56,145 nt of DNA from Myxococcales bacterium (lineage in GTDB: Bacteria; Myxococcota_A; Polyangia; Polyangiales; Polyangiaceae), in contig JAYTOU010000097.1 of the NCBI GenBank assembly GCA_043747615.1, positions 1 through 56,145 on the forward strand, given 5' to 3'. Position 1 is the stretch's first letter. Each line of letters starts with the position of its first letter. The translations under genes were made by a program, and so were the position numbers. The notes beneath the pieces were generated by a model, which worked only from the letters and a program-made list of their open reading frames with translations, was not told the DNA's origin and ran no database searches. Below are positions 28,695-38,500 of this stretch, one piece after another.

Positions 28695-29657
28695 ATGCTC
28701 ACGGTGGTGGTGCTCGTCGCTCAGCCGGCCAACGGAGACGGCCGGTCAGTCGACGACGCGCTCAGGAAGGCCGCTCGCGACACGCTTGGTCCAGAGACGA
28801 CGGTCGATGTGCGCGACGTGGATGAGCTCCCGGATGACGCCGCCGCCGAGAACCTCGGGCGCGCTGCCGGCGCGGGTGCGGTCGTCGAGATTGCCTGGCG
28901 GGATCCAGCAATGCGCACGGCGACGATCCGCCTTCGCTTGGGATCGGCACCGTGGCTCGATCGCGAGATTGGGTTTGCACCGTCCGATGCCGACGCCGAG
29001 GAGGGCCGAACGCTTGGCTTTGCGATCGCCTCGATGATCCCGGAGGGGACCGCACATCCCGCGAGCCCGCCCCCGCCGAGCTCATTGCCGCCGGTCGCGC
29101 TGGTATCTCCGGTCGCGCACGAACGACCAACCCCGCGCGAACCAGGCTATGTGGGCGCGCTCGAGATCAATGGGGTCGCCGCGCACGCGCTCGGCGGTTA
29201 CGGGGGTGGCGCAGGCGGGGCGGCGGCGGTCCACCTATACCTCTCACCACATTTCGCATTCCGCGCGGGGGGCGGTGCGCGCGTGGGCGAAGTGAGACGT
29301 GCGCAGGCGACGCTCCACACCTTCGTGATGAGCACGGGGATCGCGTGGCGAAGCGGCAACGCAACCCGCGCCACGCCCTTCTCGATGGGCGTCCGCACGG
29401 ACTTCCTGGTGGCCCACGAGTCGGTAAATCACCTCTCACCCGATGACCCCCAAACGGTGAGCGAAGGCACCTGGGTTCCTGGAGCGGACCTGATGCTCGA
29501 AGGGAGCTGGCTCTTCGCGGAAGGTGCGGCGGGCGTGCTTTCCGTTGGTGGGGAGGGCTTTTTCGGCAGATCCGATATCTTCGTGCGTGACCGGCTGGTG
29601 ACGTCGCTCGTACCCCTACACCTCCTCGCCGAAATAGGGCTGAGGACCCGCTTCTAA
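28695..29657 (+). CDS. Hypothetical protein: N-terminal domain, Pro-rich linker, probable small beta-barrel
   Basis: PPPPSSLPP linker, Gly/aromatic alternating strands, C-terminal Phe (GLRTRF). Confidence 0.65.
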   Translation: MLTVVVLVAQPANGDGRSVDDALRKAARDTLGPETTVDVRDVDELPDDAAAENLGRAAGAGAVVEIAWRDPAMRTATIRLRLGSAPWLDREIGFAPSDADAEEGRTLGFAIASMIPEGTAHPASPPPPSSLPPVALVSPVAHERPTPREPGYVGALEINGVAAHALGGYGGGAGGAAAVHLYLSPHFAFRAGGGARVGEVRRAQATLHTFVMSTGIAWRSGNATRATPFSMGVRTDFLVAHESVNHLSPDDPQTVSEGTWVPGADLMLEGSWLFAEGAAGVLSVGGEGFFGRSDIFVRDRLVTSLVPLHLLAEIGLRTRF

Positions 29658-29710
29658 AATGCCTGATTTGACCTCGCAGAAGGCACTCCCCCTGAGAGAC
29701 TCTTGACGCT

Positions 29711-30385
29711 GTGGCAAATGCACCTGAAAAAGGGCGAACGAAGCTGCGCCTCGCCGTATCCAACGGCGCACCTATTCGGAAGTCGACGGCGCACGTTCCG
29801 TCCCTCGACGACACCCAGCTCCTCGACGCCCTGCGCGCGGGAGATGCAACGGCAGCGGCGGCGCTCCACGATCGCGTGCAGCCCGTGGTAGATCGCACCG
29901 TCGCGCGTTTGCTCGGTCGCAGGGACGTCGATCACGAAGATCTGAGCCAGGTGGCTCTCATCGAGATCGTGTACGGCATCGATCTCTTTCGCGGGGAGTG
30001 CTCGCTCGACTCTTGGTGCTCGGCGATCTCCGCGCACGTGGTCTACAAGCACATCCGTCGCCGTCAGGTCGAGCGTCGCATTTTCGAGATGGGTGACGGG
30101 CTGGACGAGGCACCCTCGTCGCGGTCCGATGGGCGTGACCTCGCGATACGAAGCATCATGAGACGCGTACACGCGCACCTCGGGACCATCGATGGAAACA
30201 AAGCGTGGACGTACTTGCTGCACGACGTTTTCGGTTACGATCTTCGGGAAGTCGCAAAAATCACGGGGGTGACCATGGCAGCTGCACAAACGCGTCTCAC
30301 GCGCGGCCGTCGAGAGCTGCACGAACGGATTTCCGCTGATCCGGAGCTCGCACCGATGCTCGAAGCCCAGGAGGAACCGTCGTGA
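29711..30385 (+). CDS. ECF RNA polymerase sigma factor
   Basis: HEDLSQ...FRGECSLDSW (region 2); GYDLREVAKITG...TRLTRGRREL (region 4). Confidence 0.9.
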   Translation: MANAPEKGRTKLRLAVSNGAPIRKSTAHVPSLDDTQLLDALRAGDATAAAALHDRVQPVVDRTVARLLGRRDVDHEDLSQVALIEIVYGIDLFRGECSLDSWCSAISAHVVYKHIRRRQVERRIFEMGDGLDEAPSSRSDGRDLAIRSIMRRVHAHLGTIDGNKAWTYLLHDVFGYDLREVAKITGVTMAAAQTRLTRGRRELHERISADPELAPMLEAQEEPS

Positions 30386-31506
30386 GCGTTCCGCGCTACA
30401 CGCAGCTCGCCACCACGGCGCTGGCGAAGGCCCATCCGCCGCTTGCCGCGTCACCCCCTTTGCGAGAGGGCCGCGCCCGCTCCATCGCGGTGATCGAAGA
30501 AGCGATCAAGACGAAAGGGCAGCGCCGGACACGCGCGCGTCGGATGGCCGGTCTAGCTGCAGCGGCGAGCATCGCGGCGGCGGCACTAGTGATGCTCTCT
30601 CTTCCGAGGGCTGCGAGCGGGCCCGTTTCCGTCGCGCCGCTTCCATCCGTGATTGCGCCACAGGCGCTTGCAGCTCCACAAGGCAACGTCGTCGTCAGCG
30701 ATGTCGTCGCTCACGCCGCGGGCGAACGAGCGAGCATCGAGAACGCGGGAGACCGTGCGTCGGCCAACGGACAGGCCATGGAGCGCGGATCGCGCCTGGT
30801 CACCGGCGCTGGCGGGCATGCCACGCTCACATTTTCGACCGGCACGCGGCTCACGCTCGACGATACCGGCGACCTCACGTTGATCGAAGGAGGTCTCACG
30901 CAGATCGTCGCGTTCGGCGGCGGTAGGCTGCGCGCGCAGGTGGCAAAGCTCGGTGCTTCTCAGCGCTTCTTGGTGCGCACGATGGACGCAGAAATCGAAG
31001 TGCGGGGAACGGTGTTTCGCGTGCGCTCTGCACCGAGCGACCCTGCGTGCGGTGCGGGCTCTCCCACGCGCGTCGCCGTCGAGGAGGGGACAGTCGTCGT
31101 GCGACAGGCAGGAAAAGAAGCGACGTTACACGCGGGAGATACGTGGCCGCGAGACTGCGCGACGCCGACGCCGAGAGATCTTCCGACCCCCGCGGCGTCC
31201 GCGAGCTCGCCGGCGAGCGTGGAGGCAGCAGCAGCCTCGACGCTGGCGGAACAAAACGATTCCTTCGCCGCGGCGGTGGCCGCAAAGAACGCCGGAGATG
31301 AGCCGACGGCGATCGCGCTCTTCGCTACGTTCCTCGCGAAATATCCTGGAGCCCCACTCGCCGAGAGCGCGACGGTGCAGCGCATGCACCTGCTCGCCCC
31401 GCTGGATCGAACGAGAGCACGCGAAGCCGCGCAGGCCTATCTTGGCGCCTATCCGAAGGGCTTTGCGCGTGCGGAGGCCCACTCAATTCTCGAGTCCCAG
31501 CCATGA
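30382..31506 (+). CDS. FecR-domain anti-sigma factor with C-terminal TPR-like helices
   Basis: Single TM, FLVRTMDAEIEVRGTVFRV...VAVEEGTV, FLAKYPGAPLAESA; coupled to sigma gene. Confidence 0.88.
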   Translation: MSVPRYTQLATTALAKAHPPLAASPPLREGRARSIAVIEEAIKTKGQRRTRARRMAGLAAAASIAAAALVMLSLPRAASGPVSVAPLPSVIAPQALAAPQGNVVVSDVVAHAAGERASIENAGDRASANGQAMERGSRLVTGAGGHATLTFSTGTRLTLDDTGDLTLIEGGLTQIVAFGGGRLRAQVAKLGASQRFLVRTMDAEIEVRGTVFRVRSAPSDPACGAGSPTRVAVEEGTVVVRQAGKEATLHAGDTWPRDCATPTPRDLPTPAASASSPASVEAAAASTLAEQNDSFAAAVAAKNAGDEPTAIALFATFLAKYPGAPLAESATVQRMHLLAPLDRTRAREAAQAYLGAYPKGFARAEAHSILESQP

Positions 31507-32099
31507 ACCGCGGACACGGCGTCGCTGTCGCCGCGATCGTCATATCTTTCGCCTCGTGCAACAACCAGTTTCGCTTCGATCCCAACAGGGCACCACCCGA
31601 TGCCGCGCCCCCACCGTGCGCCGCCGATGGAGACTGCCGCCTCGCGACGCTTCACTGCGACCCCACCAGCGGCGCGTGCGTCGAGTGCGTAGCCGACTCC
31701 CAGTGCACCGCCTCCGGCCTCAAGCGCTGTGACACCGCTGTGCACGCGTGCGCCGGATGCACGATGAACGCAGAGTGCGGGCCCGATCAGCTCTGCGAGG
31801 TCACGACCGGCGTCTGTCTTTTCAAGTGCGCGGAGCACGACACGTGCCCTATCGACGCGCCGTCGTGCAACGAAGTCCGTGGGGTCTGCGTCCGATGCAG
31901 ACAGGATCACGATTGCGCCGACGACGAGCCCTTCTGCGAAAAAATATCGGGCCGCTGCTTGGAGTGCTTCAGCGACAGCAACTGTCCGGTGGCGAGGCCT
32001 CGATGCGATCGGCCACTCGGCGGCTGCGTCGTCTGCGTGACTTCCAGCGACTGCACGGCGCCCGCAATGTGCGATCCGGTGACGCACGTCTGCTTGTGA
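31503..32099 (+). CDS. Cys-rich repeat lipoprotein (seven 4-Cys units)
   Basis: FASC lipobox; units such as CAADGDCRLATLHCDPTSGACVE repeated 7 times. Confidence 0.85.
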   Translation: MNRGHGVAVAAIVISFASCNNQFRFDPNRAPPDAAPPPCAADGDCRLATLHCDPTSGACVECVADSQCTASGLKRCDTAVHACAGCTMNAECGPDQLCEVTTGVCLFKCAEHDTCPIDAPSCNEVRGVCVRCRQDHDCADDEPFCEKISGRCLECFSDSNCPVARPRCDRPLGGCVVCVTSSDCTAPAMCDPVTHVCL

Positions 32100-32110
32100 G
32101 ACGCGCTCGC

Positions 32111-32641
32111 CTACCGAGTCGTTGCGTCGTCGTTCGCCTTCTTGCACAGCTCGACGTTGATCATGCCGCTGCCCGCGCCGCTCTCTGTCGTGCCGAACCA
32201 GCTGGCAACACAACGGTCCGCGGCGTCGCCCAGACTGAAGACTGCGCCGCCTTTGTGATCCTCGGTGCCGCGCGATTTTCGCACGATGGTCAGCAGCGAG
32301 GCCTCGGCCTGCCTCTCGACCACCGCGGTGATCAGGGCGGGTTCGAGCCCGACCACCGAGCGAAACGTGGCGTTGTACTCCGCAGGGGTCGTGCGGGCCG
32401 CTCCTGGAATGTCCTTCGGGTCGAGGCGAAGGCCGTCTTTGCCGTACATGCGCAAATTCCGGGGTAGCGCACCGTGGCAATCGAGCGAGCCGCAGCGGCG
32501 AACGAGCAAGTCAGCGACCACCGGAAATTGATTGGGATCGGGAGTCCGTACGCCGATGCGAGCATCGTTCGGTGCGCTCGTGCAGGACAGGCAAAGCGCA
32601 GCGAGAGCGGCGAAGACCAGGCGAGGTAAGCGCGATCTCAT
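32111..32641 (-). CDS. Lipoprotein with atypical CX4CH motif (cassette 2)
   Basis: CLSC lipobox-like; RCGSLDCHG; TEDHKGG; clear paralogue of 26200-26700. Confidence 0.75.
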   Translation of the reverse strand: MRSRLPRLVFAALAALCLSCTSAPNDARIGVRTPDPNQFPVVADLLVRRCGSLDCHGALPRNLRMYGKDGLRLDPKDIPGAARTTPAEYNATFRSVVGLEPALITAVVERQAEASLLTIVRKSRGTEDHKGGAVFSLGDAADRCVASWFGTTESGAGSGMINVELCKKANDDATTR

Positions 32642-33153
32642 GGCGAGGCCTGTCCAGGGAAAGAGTCGGGGTCGTTGACCAAATAGACGTGACCAGGGGA
32701 GCTCGGAGTCACGGGATCCGCGTGGCACGACGCGCATGATCCGTCGTGCCCGATGTGCGTGGACATGGGCGGATTTGCGCCGTCCGGAAACGACAGCTGC
32801 ACCCGCGCCGGAAACACGGGCGTGAGAGCGGCGGGCTCAAGGTAGAAGTTTCCCGCCTTGTTGCTCTTGGCGCTGGCCTTGTGATTCATGGCATCCGTCA
32901 CTTCGACCGAGGCTCCTTCGAGCGCATCCTTGGTCGTCTGTGCTTTGTACAGGGTGCCCGCGAAGCTGAACTCCTTCGACGCAGGGCCGAGACCGCCGTG
33001 GCAAACCAGGCAAGGCTGGCCGGCGCGATGCAGCGGTCCGGGGGCGCTGTTGTCGGCGCCGAGTGCGTCGACGGCGTCTGAGTGGACGGGATCTCCGCAT
33101 GACGCGATTCCCATGAAAAGAAGGGTGATCGTGGGGATGAGGGTGGTCTTCAT
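32638..33153 (-). CDS. Diheme c-type cytochrome lipoprotein (cassette 2)
   Basis: IASC lipobox; CLVCH and CASCH; paralogue of 26697-27194. Confidence 0.8.
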   Translation of the reverse strand: MKTTLIPTITLLFMGIASCGDPVHSDAVDALGADNSAPGPLHRAGQPCLVCHGGLGPASKEFSFAGTLYKAQTTKDALEGASVEVTDAMNHKASAKSNKAGNFYLEPAALTPVFPARVQLSFPDGANPPMSTHIGHDGSCASCHADPVTPSSPGHVYLVNDPDSFPGQASP

Positions 33154-34427
33154 AGCTCCACCGCCAACGTAAGAGCGCCGAGCACCGCCGTCCGACTCGT
33201 GATGTAAAGATCGTCGAGGTACGAGGTGTACATCCCGTCGACGCTGAGGCCGATCGAGAAGCTGCGCGGTGCCCCTGCGGCACCAAGATAGAAGAGCGCG
33301 GCTCCACCGCCGGTGACCGTCCAGAGCGGGCCGAGCTCGCGATCGCCGGTGCGGAATTCGGGCAGGCTCCATCCGGTCGGAGAGGAGACGTACGCCCGCT
33401 GCCAGAAGCTCGTGCCCGATTGAATGTGGTAGCGCGCGTGCGGGCCGAGCGACACGCGCTTGGAGGCATCGTAGATCCAGCGCACGTCGGTGGTCGAAGC
33501 GCGGAGAACCCATGTGTCCTGGTAGACGCGCTCTTCGAGGCGGAGAGTCGAGTCGTCGAAGCGGTGGGCGAGACGCTCGGTGATGGCGAAACGGCGGCGG
33601 GCGAGCGGGAGCTGCTCGAGGGAGCGTTCCGGCAAGCGATGCGCGTTCACGTAGTTGACGTCGGCACCTGCATTCGCCTTGAGAGCTGCATCCGGCGAGA
33701 AGAGCGGGACGTAGCGATACGGCTTCGACTGATCGCCGTTCTCGAACATCACGTCCGCGGACAACCCGAGCACGGTCGCGCGGTTGATGACGATGTTCAA
33801 CGCTGCCTTCACGTAGTGCTTGTCGAGGATCCGCGAGAAGACGTTGAATGGCGTATCGGAGCGCCCAATCGTGTCGTGCCCGTAGTTGTAACCGAGTACA
33901 AAGGAAAAATTCTTTTCGGCGAAGTCGTAGGTGAGGTCACCGCCCGCGGTGATCGCCAAGTAGTCCGGTTCGCGGGAGATCGATCCGCTGACCGCCATCC
34001 CGAAATCATGGGGCTTGTAGCCAATCTCGACGCCGCCCGCCTGACGCACTTCGCGGTAGCGACGCGACGCGGTGGAGACGATGTCCACCGACGCGGCGGA
34101 CACCACGTCGACGAGATAGTGTGCGCCGAGGGTGGTTCCTCCGATCGGATCGTGGATTCCGAGCGAGAGCGCAGGGGTGAAGACGGTGACGTGGTCACTG
34201 TCCGTATACGTCGCCGTTTCGAGCGATGCGGCGCGGATGTATTCGCCCTCGACGGGCGCAGGGACGCGCTCCGACTTTTCTCTTTCGGGAATGGCCTTCT
34301 CGGCGGGGTTACTTGCACCGACGGTCCGCTTGGGGCTTACGTCGGCTCGTGACGTGCCGGCTGGAGCAAGAGCGATGACGACTGCGACGATGCAAGTCCG
34401 GGCGATGGCGCGGACACGAATTGCCAT
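33150..34427 (-). CDS. DUF3570-like outer-membrane beta-barrel (cassette 2)
   Basis: GAGGAG RBS; YLVDVVSAASVDIVSTASRR and RTGDRELGPL identical to copy 1. Confidence 0.82.
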   Translation of the reverse strand: MAIRVRAIARTCIVAVVIALAPAGTSRADVSPKRTVGASNPAEKAIPEREKSERVPAPVEGEYIRAASLETATYTDSDHVTVFTPALSLGIHDPIGGTTLGAHYLVDVVSAASVDIVSTASRRYREVRQAGGVEIGYKPHDFGMAVSGSISREPDYLAITAGGDLTYDFAEKNFSFVLGYNYGHDTIGRSDTPFNVFSRILDKHYVKAALNIVINRATVLGLSADVMFENGDQSKPYRYVPLFSPDAALKANAGADVNYVNAHRLPERSLEQLPLARRRFAITERLAHRFDDSTLRLEERVYQDTWVLRASTTDVRWIYDASKRVSLGPHARYHIQSGTSFWQRAYVSSPTGWSLPEFRTGDRELGPLWTVTGGGAALFYLGAAGAPRSFSIGLSVDGMYTSYLDDLYITSRTAVLGALTLAVEL

Positions 34428-34436
34428 CCGCACTCC

Positions 34437-34997
34437 TCAGTTGTTCAGCGCGCCGGCAGCAACCCAGGCCTTGAAGTCTTTGGTGGCGGCCGCCGCCGAC
34501 GTCGTACCGCTCGGAGGCATGTTGCCACCTCCGAACCACGACAGGCACGACTGAGAAATGTCGATGATCGGCGACGTCGAGCCGGTGATGTACCCCTGGT
34601 TTTTCAGGAAAGTATAGGCCGCTCCGGGCGTAGCGAAGGTGGAGCCATGGGTATGGCATCCCGTGCTGCAGTGACCGATGGTTCCATTCGCGAAGTAGGT
34701 GCTGACGAGATACGACCACGTCGGCGCAGCGGCAGTCGTCGGGGGAGTGCCGGGGGGAGTACCTGGCGGAGTGCCTGGCGGAGTGCCCGGGGGAGTGCCG
34801 GGTGTGCCTGGCGCCTCGGGGGTGCCGCCATCGGTCGTGTCGCCGGTGCTCGACGGCGTGCCGTCCTTCGTTCCCTGCGTGGGATCCGTTCCCTGCGACA
34901 GCGAACCATGCGGACCACCCAGCGGGTGATCGGCTTCGGAGCCGCACGCAATGAGGGGAGCGAAGATCAGAGCCACGGAAAGGAAGATGCGGTTCAT
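34437..34997 (-). CDS. Lipoprotein with PGTP repeat linker and CX3CH cytochrome-c-like domain
   Basis: LIAC lipobox; (PGTP)n; CSTGCH; GNMPP; AWVAAGALNN. Confidence 0.75.
   Translation of the reverse strand: MNRIFLSVALIFAPLIACGSEADHPLGGPHGSLSQGTDPTQGTKDGTPSSTGDTTDGGTPEAPGTPGTPPGTPPGTPPGTPPGTPPTTAAAPTWSYLVSTYFANGTIGHCSTGCHTHGSTFATPGAAYTFLKNQGYITGSTSPIIDISQSCLSWFGGGNMPPSGTTSAAAATKDFKAWVAAGALNN
34741..34812 (-). repeat. Degenerate 12-bp tandem repeat encoding PGTP units
   Basis: GGAGTGCCTGGC-like units; protein PGTPGTPPGTPPGTPPGTPPGTPP; boundaries approximate. Confidence 0.8.
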
Positions 34998-35131
34998 GCG
35001 GGTAGTTGTACCCTCGGTGCGTCGAGATCAGTCAGGCTCGTGACGATTCGCGTGAGAGGGAATTTTGCCGCTCAGAACGGACAAGCGCTGGACTTGACCA
35101 GGCGCGGAGCGTGAGGCAAACGTCAGCGTTG

Positions 35132-35335
35132 ATGAAGCACGTTACCGCCCTAGCCGCAGTCTTCTTGTTGAGCCTCGCGGGGTGCGCGCACGTCGTGCCC
35201 TACGACCGCGGAAAGCTCGCGGAGCCGTCGATGTCGCCGTCCGACGTCGCCGGCGCAGCCGAGTCTCACGTGCACGCGGTGCACGAGGGCGCCGCCGGCG
35301 GCTCTCATGGCGAGAGCGGCTGCGGCTGCAACTGA
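35132..35335 (+). CDS. DUF4266-like small lipoprotein (cassette 2, divergent)
   Basis: LAGC lipobox; YDRGKLA...EGAAGGSHGESGCGCN. Confidence 0.85.
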   Translation: MKHVTALAAVFLLSLAGCAHVVPYDRGKLAEPSMSPSDVAGAAESHVHAVHEGAAGGSHGESGCGCN

Positions 35336-35415
35336 CCGAGCGCGTGCCCAATCCGTGATTCCGCAGAGGACCGTGAAGGCACATGCGATCCATTCCGGCT
35401 CCGCAGTCGCGCGGC

Positions 35416-35487
35416 TCGATGTGCGAGGTTGACGACCTTGGCTGCCGTGGTTCCGAGCACGCGATCGAGCCCGTAGTCGCCGTGGCT
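35416..35487 (-). pseudogene. Universal stress protein C-terminal remnant
   Basis: SHGDYGLDRVLGTTAAKVVNLAHR resembles the USP C-terminal motif; rest of the domain absent. Confidence 0.65.
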
Positions 35488-35522
35488 CCAGGCCGGGCGC
35501 GGCGCGGACGAGAGCGTGCAGC

Positions 35523-38500
35523 TCACGTAGGGCCTGGCGCAGGATGATGCGCGTCGTCCTCCTCGGTCTCGGTCACGCGCTTGGCGAAGAACAAGAACAT
35601 GACCGGCACGAGGAAGAGGGACAAGACCGTGGACGACGTGAGCCCGCCGACCACAGCGAGGGCGAGCGGCTGGTTGGCCTCCGTCCCTTTTTCGAGGGCC
35701 ATCGCGGTGGGGATGAGGCCAATCACCGTGGCTAGACTCGTCATTGCGATTGGGACGAACCGTGATCGCGCGGCCTGGACGATCGAATCGACCTTCTCGA
35801 CGCCCTCGTTGAACCGGCGAGTCGCGTCGTCGACCAAGAGGATCCCGTTGGAGACGGCGATGCCGACGACCATCAAGATCCCCATGAGCGCGGTGATCGA
35901 GAAGCCTTGCCCAGCGGACATGAGGGCCATCACGATACCCACGAGCGACACCGGGATGGTGAAAAGCATGACGAACGGGAGTCGAACGGACTTGAACTGC
36001 GCGGCCATGATCATGAAGACCACCATCACGGCGAGCCCGATCGCGAGACCCAAGCCCGAGAAGGTGTTTCTCATCAGCTCGACCTGACCGACGTAGTTGA
36101 ACTTCACGCCGCGGGTGCGCGCATCATCCGCCAATTTTCGCTCGAGCTCCGCTGCTGCGGTACCGATGTCGCGCCCCTCGGTTTGCATGAGGATGTGAGC
36201 GGCGCGCGCGAGCTGGTTTCGCTCGATGGCGATGGGACCTACGGAGCGGCGCACTTTTCCGTAGGCGCCGAGCGGAACGGATTTTCCGTCTTCGCTCATG
36301 CGAACGGGAATCTGCGCGAGTGCGTTGGGGTCGGTCACGGCCTTACCGTCGTAGTACGTGACGACGTAATAAGACTGGCCGTTGCCCGGATCGATCCACA
36401 CGCTCGGCGTATTGATGTTTCCAAGCGTCGCTTCGAGGGTGGCTTGCGCGGCTGCCCTCGAGGTGACTCCCACGAGACCAGCCTGCTCACGAACGGTCTC
36501 CACGCGCACTTCGGGATAGTCGGTTTCGAGCGACACGCGAATGTCGCGCACGCCGGCGACGCTCCGGGCCACTTCTGCGACTGCGCGGGCTTGCTCGTTC
36601 AGTTCGGCAAGGTTGTCGCCGCGCACTTCGACGACGAGCGGAGCGATGTAGCCGTTGGCGAACACGCTCGCCACAAGCCCCCCCGGCCACTGGAGGAACT
36701 CCACGCCTGGAAATCTTCGGTTGAGAATTTCCCGCATTTTGTCGGCGATTTCGCGCTGCGAGAGGATCCGCTTCTCGGCGTCCACGAGTGCCAGACGAAT
36801 GAACCCCATGTGAGGCCCGTTGTTTGGGCTCGTCATCGCGCTCCGGGCGTTGTTCGGCGATCCGGTGTTCGTAAGGACCAGCTCGACGTTGCCCTTCGGC
36901 AGTTCTTCGGTGAGCACCTTGCCCATCTCCGCGAGCATCCGTGACGACTCATGGAGCGAAGTCCCGGGAGCGACCCTGACGTAGACGCGCTCCATCGATT
37001 CATCGATCTCTGGGAAGAACGTGCTCGGGAGGCGGCCGGCGGCCCATCCCGCGCCGAGGGTGAGAACGACGCACGCCCCGACGATCGTGAAGCGGTAGGG
37101 AAGTGCGATGCGCAGGACTTCCGAGTACCGCTCGGCGATCCGGTCGATGAACGACTCGATGAGCTTGCCGATCCTCCCGTGCTCCGTGTGCTGCAGAAAA
37201 TAGCGACAGGCGACAGGGGTCACGCACACACTCACGAAATAAGATGCAGTCATGGCGACAGCGACCGTGAGCGCGAGAGGCGCAAACAGCTTCTTTGCAA
37301 GGCCCGCGAGCAAGAGGACCGGGAGGAGCACGGCCATGGTGGTGAGCGTCGAAGCCAGCACCGGAAGCGCAACCGCGTTCGTTCCCTTGAGCGCTGCTTG
37401 GTAAGGGTTGAGGCCAAGACGCTGGTGGCGGTGAATCGACTCGAGCACTACGACCGCGTCGTCGACGAGGCGCCCCATCGCCAGAGTGAGCCCTCCGAGC
37501 GTGAATGCGTTGAGGGTCTGCCCGGTCGAGTAAAGGACGATGAGGGTGACCGCGAACGAGAGGGGGATCGCGACCGAGACGATAATCGTCCCTCGGAAGC
37601 TCTGCAAGAAAAGCAGAATCACGAGCGCGATGAGGACGAGCGCCTGGACGACTTCCTTCTTCAGCCCGTCGTACGTCGTGCGCACGAACGTCGACTGATC
37701 GAAGACCGCCTTGACCTCGACGCCGGGGGGAAGATCCTTCAAGCCGGCGACTGCCTTCTTCACGGAGTCGACGATCTCGATCGTGTTTCCACCCGGCACG
37801 CGGAGCACGTTGAGGTAAACGGCGCTCAAGCCATTCACGGACACAGCCTGGGTCTCGGGGCTCCCGCCATCGTCGACACGGGCGACGTCGCGAATAAGAA
37901 CGGGCTTGCCGTTGCGCAGCTTGACGATCGCGTCTCCGATCGTCGCGACTTTTTCGGGCACTGCGTTGGTGTAGACGTTCGCGTCGAACTTCGGCGAGAT
38001 GAAGGCACCCGACGGAAGCAGCGCGTTCGATTGGCCTACGGCGGCGGCAACATCGCTCGAGGTCACCCCGCGAGCCTGCGCGGCGATCGGATCTACGACG
38101 ATGTTGATCTGCCGTTGACGACCGCCATTCAGCGACGCGCTCGCCACGCCCGGAATGCCCTCGAGGATCGGCTCGATGTAGTTGAGCCCGTAGTCGTAGA
38201 GCTGAGGGCCGGAGAGGCTTCCGCCGGAGATGGCGACCTGTACGACGGGTGCGTTGGACGGGTCATACTGAAGAACGAAAGGAGGCAATACACCGAGTGA
38301 TTTCGGAACGGCCGACATGGCGAATGCCGTCTGCTGCTGGACGAGCGTCTGTGCCGAGTTGAGATCCGTCCCCCATTTGAGCCACACGTACACGATGCTG
38401 AGGTTGTTGCGAGAGACGCTCTCCACGTGATCGACGCCAGGCGTAGCGCTCACGTATTTTTCGATGCGCCAGGTGAGCGTCTTCTCTACGTCCTTCGGAC

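Noticed and set aside
34741..34812. Tandem repeat as CRISPR or non-coding array
   Set aside because: In-frame coding repeat with synonymous variation, no spacers, no cas genes
28366..35335. CGCN peptides or Cys-rich ORFs as RiPP precursors
   Set aside because: They have lipoprotein signals and no modifying enzymes, peptidase or dedicated exporter lie nearby
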